The notes beneath the pieces were generated by a model. It saw only the letters and a list, made by a program, of their open reading frames with translations. It had not been told where the DNA came from and searched no databases. Below are positions 51,301 to 61,572 of a stretch of DNA of 64,000 nucleotides, one piece after another. The stretch comes from an uncultured Candidatus Rokubacteria bacterium. Its GTDB lineage: Bacteria; Methylomirabilota; Methylomirabilia; Rokubacteriales; CSP1-6. The stretch is taken from contig CAVVEU010000024.1 of the NCBI GenBank assembly GCA_963747235.1, forward strand, positions 416,001 to 480,000, read 5' to 3'. A program made the position numbers and the translations under genes. Numbering within the stretch: the stretch's first letter is position 1; every line of letters begins with the position of its first letter.

Positions 51301-52795
51301 ATCGGCGAGATCAGCGCCCAGCGCATAGCGAAGGTTGTCGCCGGTGGCCGGGTGGACGGTGAAGAGGTAGGCCAGGTAGAGGCCGAGCGCCGCGCCCGCC
51401 GCGGGGATCGCGGCCGCCCAGCCCGTGACGCCGATCACACGGCCGCCGGCCAGCAGCGCGTGGAAGGTCCCCAGCATCAGCACGAAGCCACCCAGATAGG
51501 CCCAGACTCGTCCGGAGAGCGGAAGTCCGGCGAGCTCGCGCGCCCATCGAAAGTAGACCCAGCACGGGAAGAGGATCAGGAAGAGGCGGGCCACCGCCGC
51601 GCCCGGGATCGCCGGGCCAGAGGCCATGGATCCCACCGATCACCGGTCCCGGAGGAACCAGGATCACGAGGGCCGCGGCGTAGACGACGATCCGGAGCAC
51701 GTTCACCGGGATGAAGCGTGCGACCTCGTCCATCGCGAAGAGCGCCAGGGTATACGGGTTGACGATGTTGCCGACCAGCGCGGCCAGGACGAGGATCCGG
51801 AGCGGCAGAGCGGCCGGGAGGAAGGCCTCGCCGTAGACGAGCTGGATCCCGAGCTCGGCGAAGGCCCAGAAGCCGAAGGCCAGCGGCACCGTGATGAACA
51901 GGAGCTTGTCGAGCACGTTCAGGAAGAAGTCGCGCGCCTCGCGCTTGCGGTCGGGCGAGCGGCTGACGAAGAGGCTCGACAGCCGGGTGAAGAGGAATGT
52001 CACGGGCCCCGCGACCACCGACGACAGCCCCTCCCACAAGGCCCGCGCGACGTGGTAGTAGCCCGCCGCGGTGAGGCCCGCCCAGCGGCCGACCACCACG
52101 CGATCGATCGAGTCCTGGAACAGGGCCAGGGGGCTGTTCACCAGGAATGGCCGGGCGTAGATCCAGTAGCGCGGACGCTCTCGCGGGTCGGCGGCCGCGG
52201 CGCGAGCCCGTACCGCGCGCGCAGGACGACGGCGGCGGCGAGCCCGCTCAGCAGGCCGTCCACCATGAAGGTGGCGGCGACTCCGACCACGCTCGGCATC
52301 ACGACCAGGACCGCCACCGTGCTCGCGGCGCGCGCCAGGCGGGCCGCGAGCAGGATCATCGCGTGCGGCACCACCCACTCGCGCGCGATGAAGACCTTGA
52401 GGAAGATGTCGGAGAAGTTGTTGGCGACCTGACCGGCGAGCAGGAAGAGGAAGACGAGCGCAAGGGCCGGAGAGTGGAAGAGTCCCTCCGCGCTCCAGGC
52501 CGCCAGCACCGGACCGTGAGCAGCCCGTGGAGCGCGAGCTGGATGGCGAGCATGGTCCCCAGGCAGCGACCCGGATCTTCCCCCTCCGCGAGGCGCTTGA
52601 GATGGGCCTGCGCGAAGCCCGGTAGCAGGACCGCCATGAGGACGCCGACGAGCCCGGTGCTGAAGCCGATGGAGCCGAGGGCGGCCGGGCCCAGCGTGCG
52701 GGCCACCAGGATGGAGACGAGCATGCTGAGGAGGCTGCCGCTCCACGTGCCCAGGACAGGAGGAGGGACTTGCGCCCGAGCGTGGCCGGTGACAT
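51250..52795 (-). CDS. Polysaccharide flippase (Wzx/MOP family; frameshifts; 3' end uncertain)
   Basis: VARTLGPAALG, DRVVVG..AAGYY..A, LVYGEAFLPAA.PLRIL; many TM segments. Confidence 0.75.
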
Positions 52796-53000
52796 TGGTG
52801 GGGATTCTATCCCAGTTGTTCGCGTCCACTCCCATTGGGGCGCCCCGGCTGCAGTCGAGCAAGCCGCAAGGCTTAGGCGTCGCCGATCCTCTTGTGATAG
52901 TGTGGACCGTCGCTATGTGGCCGCTGCGTATGATCTTACAGGCCAAAGGGAGAAGATTAGCCATCCGCGACATCCGGTCTCCCGGTCGAGCAGGCCGGAA

Positions 53001-53723
53001 GTGACGATAGCTCGGCCAGTGAGCATGTCGGTCGTCATCCCCGCGCGCAACGAGGAGGGCAATCTCAAGGCGTGTGTCGAGACGGTGATCGGGGCGCTGA
53101 CCGGGGTCATCGCCGACTACGAGATCATCATCGTGAACGACGGCAGCACCGATGGGACGGCCGCGCTCGCGGAGCGGATCGCCGCCGAGGTGGCGGGCGT
53201 GCGCGTCATTCACAATGTCCGGAGCGAGGGCTTCGCGGGAGCGTACCGTCGCGCCATGCAGGCGGCCACGAAGGCCTATGTCGCGATCGTCCCGGGCGAC
53301 AACGAGATGCGCCCGGACTCGGTCCGGACGATCTTCGAAGCGGTGGGCACCGCCGATATCATCGTCCCCGTCACCGCGAATCAGGAGGATCGTCCCCGGC
53401 TCCGGCGCGTGCTCTCCCGGACCTTCACCGGGAGCGTCAACCTGCTCTTCTCCCTCCGCTTCGGGTACTTTCAGGGGCCGTCGATCTACCCGACGGAGCT
53501 CGTCCGCAGCCTGCCCCGGCCGTCGTCGGGGTTCGTGTTCCTGACCGAGATGCTCGTGCGGTCGGTGTCGGCGGGGTACAAGGCGGTGCAGGTGCCCATG
53601 TTCATCCAGCCGCGCCGCTTCGGCGCCTCGAGCTCCCTGTCCTTCGCGAACGTCGTCGCGGCGCTCCGCACCGTCGGGCGACTGTTCTGGGAGATCAGAA
53701 TTCTCCGCCGGCCGCTGAGATAG
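53001..53723 (+). CDS. Glycosyltransferase family 2
   Basis: VVIPARNEE, VNDGSTDGT, PGDNE. Confidence 0.9.
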   Translation: MTIARPVSMSVVIPARNEEGNLKACVETVIGALTGVIADYEIIIVNDGSTDGTAALAERIAAEVAGVRVIHNVRSEGFAGAYRRAMQAATKAYVAIVPGDNEMRPDSVRTIFEAVGTADIIVPVTANQEDRPRLRRVLSRTFTGSVNLLFSLRFGYFQGPSIYPTELVRSLPRPSSGFVFLTEMLVRSVSAGYKAVQVPMFIQPRRFGASSSLSFANVVAALRTVGRLFWEIRILRRPLR

Positions 53724-53766
53724 CGCCGGTGGTGCCGCGGTGTGCTATCGTTCTACGACGATTGTC

Positions 53767-54804
53767 ATGATCGCGAAGAGTCGCGCGCACTCAGGAGGTT
53801 CCGGCCGCTCCGGCCGGAGGGCCTCTCGCCCCGCCGGTCCCGGCCTCCGGGATAGTACCCGCCTGCGGTTGCATTACGAGCTGCTCCGGATCCGCCGGAT
53901 CGAGGAAGCGCTGGCCGAGCTCTACAAGGAGCAGGAGATGCGCACGCCGGTGCACTTCTCCGTGGGTCAGGAGGCGGTGGCGGTCGGCGTCTGCGCGGCC
54001 TTGACCCCCCAGGATGTCGTGTACAGCGGGCACCGCTGCCACGCGCACTACCTCGCGAAGGGCGGCAACCTGGCGGGCCTGGTGGCGGAGCTCTATGGTC
54101 GTGAGACCGGGTGCGCCAAGGGACGCGGCGGATCCGTCCATCTCACCGACATGTCGGTCGGCATGGTGGCCTCGTCGGCTATCCTGGGCCAGACCATCCC
54201 GGTGGCGGTCGGCTCGGCGCTGGCATTCCAGATGGACGCGAGCCGGCGGGTCGCGGTCAGCTTCTTCGGCGACGGCGCGGCGGACGAGGGCGTCTTTCAC
54301 GAGAGCCTGAACTGGGCGTCGGTCGGAAAGCTGCCCGTCATCTTCATCTGCGAGAACAACCTGTACGCCACCCACTCGCCGCTCTCGGTGAGATTGCCCC
54401 GAGGCACCGAGATCTACCAGCGGGCCCGGGGATACAAGATGGCAGCGGAACGGGTCGATGGCAACGACGTGTGGGCCGTCTATCAGAGCGCGCGGCGCGC
54501 GGTGGCCCGCTGCCGCGAGGGGCGCGGTCCCGTCTTCCTCGAATGCCTGACGTATCGGTGGCTCGAGCACGTCGGGCCCCTGGACGACTCGGATCGAGGG
54601 TATCGCAGCCGGAAGGAGCTCGACGCCTGGAAGCGCCGCGACCCGGTGAAGCGGAGCGCGCGGGCGCTCAAGGGTCTCGGATTGTTGAGCGCCGCGACGA
54701 TCGCTCGGTTCGAGGCGGAGACGGAAGCGGAGCTGGCCAAGGCGGTGGCGCAGGCCCGACAGGCGCCGTGGCCGGACCCGCAAGATCTCTTCCGCAACGC
54801 ATGA
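53767..54804 (+). CDS. TPP-dependent dehydrogenase E1 alpha-like subunit
   Basis: HFSVGQEA, HRCH, GRGGSVH, FFGDGA, CENNLYA, TYRW..HVG. Confidence 0.92.
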   Translation: MIAKSRAHSGGSGRSGRRASRPAGPGLRDSTRLRLHYELLRIRRIEEALAELYKEQEMRTPVHFSVGQEAVAVGVCAALTPQDVVYSGHRCHAHYLAKGGNLAGLVAELYGRETGCAKGRGGSVHLTDMSVGMVASSAILGQTIPVAVGSALAFQMDASRRVAVSFFGDGAADEGVFHESLNWASVGKLPVIFICENNLYATHSPLSVRLPRGTEIYQRARGYKMAAERVDGNDVWAVYQSARRAVARCREGRGPVFLECLTYRWLEHVGPLDDSDRGYRSRKELDAWKRRDPVKRSARALKGLGLLSAATIARFEAETEAELAKAVAQARQAPWPDPQDLFRNA

Positions 54805-55835
54805 GGACGCTGACGTACTGGCAGGCACTCGCGGAGGGCCTCGTGCAGGGGATGGAGCGAGACCCGAGCGTGTTCGTCTTCGGGATCGGCGTCGACGATC
54901 ACAAGGGAGTCTTCGGCACCACGCGGGCGGCCTTCGAGCGCTTCGGGGCCAAGCGGGTCTTCGACGTGCCGATCGCCGAGCAGGCGATGACCGGGATCGC
55001 GATCGGCGCGGCGGCCATGGGGAAGCGGCCCGTCCTGGTCCATCCGCGAAACGACTTCATGTTCCTGGCCGCGGACCAGATGATCAATCTGGCCGCCAAG
55101 TGGCGCTACATGTACGGCGGGGCGTCCGAGGTGCCGATCGTGGTGCGGGCCATCGTCGGCAAGGGCTGGGGGCAGGGGGCGACGCACTCGCAGAGTCTTC
55201 ACGCCACGTTCGGGCATTTCCCCGGCATGCAGGTGGTGATGCCGGCGCTGCCTCGGGACGCCAAGGGGCTCACGCTCGCGGCCTTGCAGGCTCGCGGCCC
55301 CGTCGTGATCCTCGAGCACCGCTCGCTCTACGAGACGAAGGGGCCGGTCCCCGAGGCGCCGGAGGTCACGCCGATCGGCTCCGCCGCGGTCGTGCGGGAC
55401 GGGCGGGACGTCACGGTGGTGGCCGCGTCGCTGATGGTGATCGAGGCGCTGGCCGCCGCGGAGATCCTGGCGCCGCTCGACGTGGACGTCGAGGTGGTCG
55501 ATTGCCGGAGCATCCGGCCGCTGGATCACCAGACGATCCTGGCCTCGCTGGCCAAGACGGGGCGGGTCGTCGTGGCCGACACGAGCTGGCTGCACTGCGG
55601 ACTGTCGGCGGAGGTGGCGGCGATCTGCGCCGAGCGCGGCTTCGCTTCCCTCAAGGCGCCGGTTCGTCGCGTGGGCCTCGCCGATTGCCCGGCCCCCGTG
55701 TCGGTCACCCTCGAGCGGGCGTTTTACCCGGATCGGACGACGATCGCGCGGGAGTGCCTGAGCGCCGTGGATCGCAGCCCCGCCGAGCTGGAAGCGCCCG
55801 CGGCGGTGGAGTCGTCCTTCAAGGGGCCCTACTGA
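54801..55835 (+). CDS. TPP-dependent dehydrogenase E1 beta-like subunit
   Basis: RVFDVPIAEQ, GWGQGATHSQ, ILEHR, DCRSIRPLD. Confidence 0.92.
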   Translation: MRTLTYWQALAEGLVQGMERDPSVFVFGIGVDDHKGVFGTTRAAFERFGAKRVFDVPIAEQAMTGIAIGAAAMGKRPVLVHPRNDFMFLAADQMINLAAKWRYMYGGASEVPIVVRAIVGKGWGQGATHSQSLHATFGHFPGMQVVMPALPRDAKGLTLAALQARGPVVILEHRSLYETKGPVPEAPEVTPIGSAAVVRDGRDVTVVAASLMVIEALAAAEILAPLDVDVEVVDCRSIRPLDHQTILASLAKTGRVVVADTSWLHCGLSAEVAAICAERGFASLKAPVRRVGLADCPAPVSVTLERAFYPDRTTIARECLSAVDRSPAELEAPAAVESSFKGPY

Positions 55836-56833
55836 TGAGCCGGATCCTCGTCACCGGCGGCGCGGGCTACGTGGGCTCGGTGCTCGTGCCGCGCCTGCTC
55901 GAAGCCGGCCACGCGGTGTCCGTTCTCGATCTGTTCCTCTTCGGAGACCATCTGCCCGCGGCGTCGCCCACGCTCGCCCGGATCAAGGGGGATATCCGGG
56001 ACCGGGCCCTCCTGGACCGGGCCCTTCCCGGGCACGACATCGTCATCCACCTGGCGTGCATCTCGAACGACCCGAGCTTCGCGCTCGATCCCGAGCTGAG
56101 CCGCTCCATCAACTTCGAGTGCTTCGAGCCGCTCGTGGTGGCGGCCCGGACCGCGGGAGTGCGCCGCTTCATCTACGCCTCGACCTCGAGCGTCTACGGG
56201 GTCAGCGACGCGCCGGAGGTCACCGAGGAGCATCCGCTCGTCCCGCTCACCGACTACAACAAGTACAAGGGCCTCTGCGAGCCGCTGCTCTTCAAGCATC
56301 AGGCGCCCGATTTCACCACCGTGACCATCCGCCCCGCGACCGTGTGCGGGTACTCGCCGCGCCTGCGGCTGGATCTCACCGTCAACATCCTGACCATGGC
56401 GGCGGTGGCGCGCGGCCGGATCACCGTGTTCGGGGGCAGCCAGAAGCGGCCCAACATCCACATCGACGACGTCTGCGACCTCTACCAGTCGCTGCTCGAC
56501 CTGCCCGCCGAGCTCATCGCGGGGAAGACCTACAACGCGGGCTACCAGAACCACACGGTCGCCGAGATCGCGGAGATCGTTCGATCCGTGGTGGCGCGGG
56601 AGGTTCCGGGTCGCGAGCGGATCGAGGTCGTGACCACTCCGTCGAACGACCTGCGCTCGTACCACATCTCCTCCGAGAAGATCCGCCGGGAGCTGGGCTT
56701 CGTGCCCAAGCGCACCATCGAGGACGCGGTCCGTGACCTGTGCCGCGCCTTCACGGACGGGCGGATCCCCGAGCCGATCGACGGGCTCCGCTACCACAAC
56801 GTCAAGGCGATCCAGGCGGCCGGGCTCCGGTAG
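55835..56833 (+). CDS. NAD-dependent epimerase/dehydratase (extended SDR)
   Basis: VTGGAGYVG, HLACISNDPS, YNKYK, GYSPRLRLDLTVN. Confidence 0.9.
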   Translation: MSRILVTGGAGYVGSVLVPRLLEAGHAVSVLDLFLFGDHLPAASPTLARIKGDIRDRALLDRALPGHDIVIHLACISNDPSFALDPELSRSINFECFEPLVVAARTAGVRRFIYASTSSVYGVSDAPEVTEEHPLVPLTDYNKYKGLCEPLLFKHQAPDFTTVTIRPATVCGYSPRLRLDLTVNILTMAAVARGRITVFGGSQKRPNIHIDDVCDLYQSLLDLPAELIAGKTYNAGYQNHTVAEIAEIVRSVVAREVPGRERIEVVTTPSNDLRSYHISSEKIRRELGFVPKRTIEDAVRDLCRAFTDGRIPEPIDGLRYHNVKAIQAAGLR

Positions 56834-56834
56834 C

Positions 56835-57828
56835 GTGGCGCGACCCAAGAGCGCGGTGACCGGCGGCTGCGGCTTCATCGGCAGCCACGTGGTCGATCAC
56901 CTGGTGGCCGCGGGCCACGACGTGGTCGTGATCGACAACTTCAGCACCGGCCGGCCCGAGAATCTGGCTCACCACCGCGGCACCCCGCACGTGCGGGTGG
57001 TCCAGGCGGACGTGGCCGACACCGCGCGGGTGGCGCCCGAGCTCGCGGGCGTGCGGTGGATGTTCCACATCGCGGCGCTCGCCGACATCGTGCCGTCCAT
57101 CCAGCACCCGGAAGCCTACGTGCGGGCCAACGTGATGGGCACCCTCGGCGCCCTGGAGGCGGCGCGGGCGGTCGGAGTCGAGCGCTTCGTGTACTCCGCC
57201 TCCTCGTCCTGCTACGGCATCCCCGACGTCTATCCCACTCCCGAGACCGCGCCGTTCCGGACGGAGTATCCCTACGCGCTCAGCAAGGTGCTCGGCGAGG
57301 AGCTGACGCTGCACTGGGGCCGCGTCTACCGGCTGCCGGTCGTGTCGCTGCGCTACTTCAACGTCTACGGCCCACGGTCGCGGACGTCCGGCACCTACGG
57401 CGCGGTGTTCGGGGTGTTCCTGGCCCAGAAGCTCCACGGGCAGCCGTTCACGGTGGTCGGCGACGGGACCCAGACGCGGGACTTCGTGTTCGTCACCGAC
57501 GTGGCCCGGGCCAACCTCGCGGCCGCCGAGGCCGAGTGCACCGGGCGAGATCTTCAACGTGGGCACCGGCCGTCCCCAGAGCGTGAACCGGCTGGTGGAG
57601 CTGCTCGGCGGATCGGTGGTCCGCGTCCCGAAGCGCCCGGGCGAGCCGGACTCGACCCACGCGGACATCGCAAAGATCCGGCGTGTGCTCGGCTGGGAGC
57701 CCAAGGTGTCCTTCGAGGAAGGGGTCGCCACGATCCTGAAGCAGATCGACTACTGGCGCGAGGCGCCGGTCTGGACGGTGGAGTCGATTTCCGAGGCCAC
57801 CCGCGACTGGTTCCGGTATCTGGGATAG
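56835..57828 (+). CDS. NAD-dependent epimerase/dehydratase (frameshift near 57545)
   Basis: TGGCGFIG, AALADIVPS, SSSCYG, YALSK, FNVYGPR. Confidence 0.9.
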
Positions 57829-57834
57829 GCGGCC

Positions 57835-59367
57835 GTGTACCAGAAATTCGCGCACAAGATCAAGACTCGCGAGGAGCTCCGGGCGCTCATCGGCCCGCGA
57901 CCCCGGGTGCTCAAGGTCATCATGTGCCACGGGACCTTCGACATCGTCCATCCCGGGCACGTGCGCCACCTCATGTACGCGAAGGAGAAGGCCGACATCC
58001 TGATCGCGAGCGTGACCGCGGACGCGCACATCTCCAAGGGAGCCCACCGGCCCTACGTGCCCCAGGAGCTGCGCGCGGCAAATCTCGCCGCGTTCGAGTT
58101 CGTGGACCACGTCATCATCGATCAGAACGAGACGCCGATCGAGAACATCCGGGCGCTCGAGCCGGATTTTTTCGCGAAGGGTTTCGAGTACCAGAGCGAG
58201 CCCCTGCCCCCGAAGACCCGGGAGGAGGTCGGCGCGCTCGAGTCCTACGGGGGCGAGATGGTGTTCACGCCCGGGGACATCATCTATTCGTCGAGCGCGC
58301 TCATCACCGAGCACGAGCCCCAGCTCCGGGTGGACAAGCTCATCACCCTCCTGGCGTCGGAGAGCGTGACGGTCGACGATCTCCGGGCCACGCTGCACGA
58401 CCTCGGCCGCATCCGGGTGCACGTGGTGGGCGACACCATCGTGGACCGATACTCGCACTGCTCCCTTCTCGGCCAGAGCGCCAAGTCGCCCAGCTTCAGC
58501 GTGCGGCTCGAGCACGCCGACGCCTTCGTGGGCGGCGCGGCCGTGGTGGCGAAGCACGTGCGGAGCCTCGGCGCCCAGGTGACGCTGACCACCGTGCTGG
58601 GCCAGGACGAGTCGCGCCGCTTCGTGACCGACGACCTGGCCGCCGCCGGGGTGGGCGTGCGCGCGCTGGTGGATCCGAGTCGCCCCACCACCGTCAAGGA
58701 GCGCTTCATCGCGGATGGGCATCGCATGCTCCAGGTGGATCGGGTGGACAACCGCATCGTCTCCGACCGGGTGCGACGGGAGATCACCGAAGCCATCGCG
58801 GGTGAGCCCGCCGACGTGGTGATCTTCAGCGACTTCCGCCACGGCATCTTTCATCGCACGACGATCCCCGAGTACATCGCGGCAGTGCGCCCCGGCGTCC
58901 TGCGGGCCGCGGACAGCCAGGTGTCGAACCGGTGGGGCAATATCCTCGATTTCCACGGCTTCGACCTCATCACCCCCAACGAGCGGGAAGCCCGCTTCGC
59001 GCTGGCCGATCAGGATTCGGGGGTGCGGCCGCTTGCCCAGGCCCTCTTCCAGCGCGCGGGCTGCCGCTACCTGATCCTCAAGATGGGCGAGCGCGGCATC
59101 CTCACGTACCGGAGCCCGGGCCGGCTGCCGCGCGAGTTCTTCGTGGTGGACAGCTTCGTGGGGCGGCTCCTCGATCCGATCGGGGCCGGCGACGCCCTCC
59201 TGGCCCTGGCGACGCTCTCGCTCGTGCAGTCCGGCAGCATCGTGATCGCCAGCATCCTCGGGAGCCTGGCCGCGGCGACCGCGTGCGAGCGCGAAGGCAA
59301 CGTGCCGGTGCTGATCCCCGAAGTCGAGGACAAGCTCGACGCCCTCAAGCGCGCCGCCGGGTACTGA
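57835..59367 (+). CDS. Bifunctional nucleotidyltransferase/PfkB sugar kinase (HldE-like, reversed domain order)
   Basis: N-terminal GTFDIVHPGH; C-terminal VVGDTIVD.Y, SDFRHG, TPNERE, DPIGAGD. Confidence 0.9.
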   Translation: MYQKFAHKIKTREELRALIGPRPRVLKVIMCHGTFDIVHPGHVRHLMYAKEKADILIASVTADAHISKGAHRPYVPQELRAANLAAFEFVDHVIIDQNETPIENIRALEPDFFAKGFEYQSEPLPPKTREEVGALESYGGEMVFTPGDIIYSSSALITEHEPQLRVDKLITLLASESVTVDDLRATLHDLGRIRVHVVGDTIVDRYSHCSLLGQSAKSPSFSVRLEHADAFVGGAAVVAKHVRSLGAQVTLTTVLGQDESRRFVTDDLAAAGVGVRALVDPSRPTTVKERFIADGHRMLQVDRVDNRIVSDRVRREITEAIAGEPADVVIFSDFRHGIFHRTTIPEYIAAVRPGVLRAADSQVSNRWGNILDFHGFDLITPNEREARFALADQDSGVRPLAQALFQRAGCRYLILKMGERGILTYRSPGRLPREFFVVDSFVGRLLDPIGAGDALLALATLSLVQSGSIVIASILGSLAAATACEREGNVPVLIPEVEDKLDALKRAAGY

Positions 59368-59374
59368 GGGCGGC

Positions 59375-60304
59375 GTGCGGTACGTCGTCGTGGGCTACGG
59401 CAATATCGGCCGGCGCCGGGCGCGCCTGCTCGGCGCGCGATGCGTGGCCACCGTGGATCCGGTCGCGCCCGACGCGGCCCGCCGCGGCATGGACGATGTG
59501 CCTCCATCGAGCTATGACGCCGTCGTGCTCGCCGTCCCGAACGCGGCCAAGCTCGACTATCTGAGGCGCTTCCTGGCCGCGGGCAAGCCGGTGCTCGTGG
59601 AGAAGCCGGTCCTCTTCGCGGGCCGCGCCGAGGCCGATCAGCTCCAGCGGTCGGCCCGGACCGGCGCGGTCTGGTACACGTCCTATAACCACCGCTTCGA
59701 GCCGCTGATCGCGCGGCTCAAGCACATGCTGGATGAGGGTGCCGTCGGCAAGCTCGACCGGGTGCGGATGCTCTACGGCAACGGCACGGTGCGGGACTGG
59801 GTGGGCGGCTGGCGCGAGGCGGGCGGCGGCGTGCTCGAGGATCTCGGCTGCCACCTCCTGGATCTCTGCGGCTTCCTGCTCGGCCACGAGCACGAGGCCT
59901 ACCGGCTGTGGGAGCTGCGCTCGGTCGAGTCCGCCACCTGGGACCATGCGCTCTTCGCCTCCGCCGACCGTCGGGTCGTCTGCGAGGTGGGCAACGTGTT
60001 CTGGAAGAACTGCTTCCAGATCGACGTGTTCGGGAGCGCGGGCTCCGTGCACGTGGACGGGCTCGGCAAGTGGGGCGGGGGCACGCTCACGCGCCGGACC
60101 CGGGTGCTCCCGAGCGGCCCGCCGCCCGAGGTGAGCGAGGCCGGGCCGGCGGGCGACTCCACGTGGGAGGCCGATCTGGCCGAGTTCGAGCGCCGCGTCG
60201 CGGCCGGAGAGAGCTCGCTCGAGAACGACTGGCGCATCTCCGCGGCGCTGTCCGATCTGCTGGCGCAGGCTCCGGGGCTCGGCGGGCGCGGGCGGGACGC
60301 ATGA
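59375..60304 (+). CDS. Gfo/Idh/MocA oxidoreductase
   Basis: GYGNIG, VLVEKP, YNHRFEP, GGVLEDLGCHLLD. Confidence 0.9.
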   Translation: MRYVVVGYGNIGRRRARLLGARCVATVDPVAPDAARRGMDDVPPSSYDAVVLAVPNAAKLDYLRRFLAAGKPVLVEKPVLFAGRAEADQLQRSARTGAVWYTSYNHRFEPLIARLKHMLDEGAVGKLDRVRMLYGNGTVRDWVGGWREAGGGVLEDLGCHLLDLCGFLLGHEHEAYRLWELRSVESATWDHALFASADRRVVCEVGNVFWKNCFQIDVFGSAGSVHVDGLGKWGGGTLTRRTRVLPSGPPPEVSEAGPAGDSTWEADLAEFERRVAAGESSLENDWRISAALSDLLAQAPGLGGRGRDA

Positions 60305-61572
60305 CGGCGGCGATCGGCGTCGTGGGGCTGTCCCATCTCGGCACGGTGGTGAGCGCCGGGCTGGCTTCGCTGGGCCTGCCGGTGACCGCGGTCGACCGGG
60401 CCGATCGAGTGGCCGACTTCGCGCCGGGGCGGCTGCCGTTTCCCGAGCCGGGGCTCGCCGAGCTCCTGGCCGGCCCGCGGCCCACGTTCACCGCGGACTA
60501 CGCGGCCCTCGCGGGCGCCTCGCTGGTCATTCTCGCGGTGGACACGATGACCGACGACCGGAATCGCTCGGACGTCTCCGTGCTGGAGGCGCACGTCGAG
60601 GGTCTGCTGCCGTGGCTCCGCCGGGACGCGGTGGTGGTACTGATGAGCCAGGTGCCGGTGGGCTACACCCGCGCGCTGGCCGCCCGCGTCCGTGCCCACC
60701 GCCCCGAGCTGGCCGCGCGCGTCTACTACTGGGTGGAGACCCTCGTGATCGGCGACGCGGTGGCGCGCTACCTGAGACCCGAGCGCATCATCCTGGGGGG
60801 CGTCGCGGGCCAGCCGGAGCCCGCGCTGGACGCGCTGCTCGAGCGCTTCGGCTGTCCGGTGCACCGGATGGACTACGAGAGCGCCGAGCTCTGCAAGGCC
60901 GCGATCAACCTGTACCTCGCGACCTCGGTGACGTTCGCCAATGCCCTGGCGGACCTGTGCGAGGCCACCGGCGCCAGCATGCGCGCCATCATCCCGGCCC
61001 TCCGCGCCGACCGCCGCATCGGGCCCGCCGCGTACATCCGGCCGGGACTCGGGCTGGCCGGGGGTAATCTGGAGCGCGACCTCGTCCACCTCAAGGAGCT
61101 GGCCGAGCGGACCGGGGTGCGGGCAGATCTCTTCGACGTCATCCTGGAGCGGAGCGCGGCCCGCTACGGCTGGCTGCTCGCCGCGATCGAGCGGTGGATC
61201 CTCAAGGCGGCGCCACGGCCGCGGCTGGCCCTCTGGGGCCTCGCCTACAAGAAGAACACGGACTCCACGAAGAACGCGGTCAGCCTTCGGCTGGCGGCCG
61301 ATCTGCGCTCACGGGCGCTCCTGGTCGCGTATGATCCGCGGGTGACGGCTTCCATTCCCGGCGTCGAGCGGGTGGCCTCTGCGCTCGACGCCGCCCGGGG
61401 CGCAGACGGCCTGGTGATCCTGACCGACTGGGACGAGTTCGCCTCGGCCGATCCGGCGCTGCTGCGCGCGGCCCTCGGCCGGCCCGTGGTGGTGGACGCG
61501 GCGGGGGTGCTCGACCCTGGGCGCGCCCGGGCCGCGGGGCTGACCCACGTCGCCATCGGGGAGCCGGCGTGA
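60301..61572 (+). CDS. UDP-glucose/GDP-mannose dehydrogenase family protein lacking the catalytic Cys
   Basis: EPGL, PERIILG, ESAELCK, D.RIG..YIRPGLGLAGGNLERD, GLAYKKNTDS. Confidence 0.88.
   Translation: MTAAIGVVGLSHLGTVVSAGLASLGLPVTAVDRADRVADFAPGRLPFPEPGLAELLAGPRPTFTADYAALAGASLVILAVDTMTDDRNRSDVSVLEAHVEGLLPWLRRDAVVVLMSQVPVGYTRALAARVRAHRPELAARVYYWVETLVIGDAVARYLRPERIILGGVAGQPEPALDALLERFGCPVHRMDYESAELCKAAINLYLATSVTFANALADLCEATGASMRAIIPALRADRRIGPAAYIRPGLGLAGGNLERDLVHLKELAERTGVRADLFDVILERSAARYGWLLAAIERWILKAAPRPRLALWGLAYKKNTDSTKNAVSLRLAADLRSRALLVAYDPRVTASIPGVERVASALDAARGADGLVILTDWDEFASADPALLRAALGRPVVVDAAGVLDPGRARAAGLTHVAIGEPA

Noticed and set aside
52796-53000. Riboswitch or ncRNA in the divergent gap (aagcc-gcaa-ggctt hairpin)
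   Set aside because: It is a single GNRA hairpin with no recognisable riboswitch consensus; an Rfam/Infernal scan would be needed.
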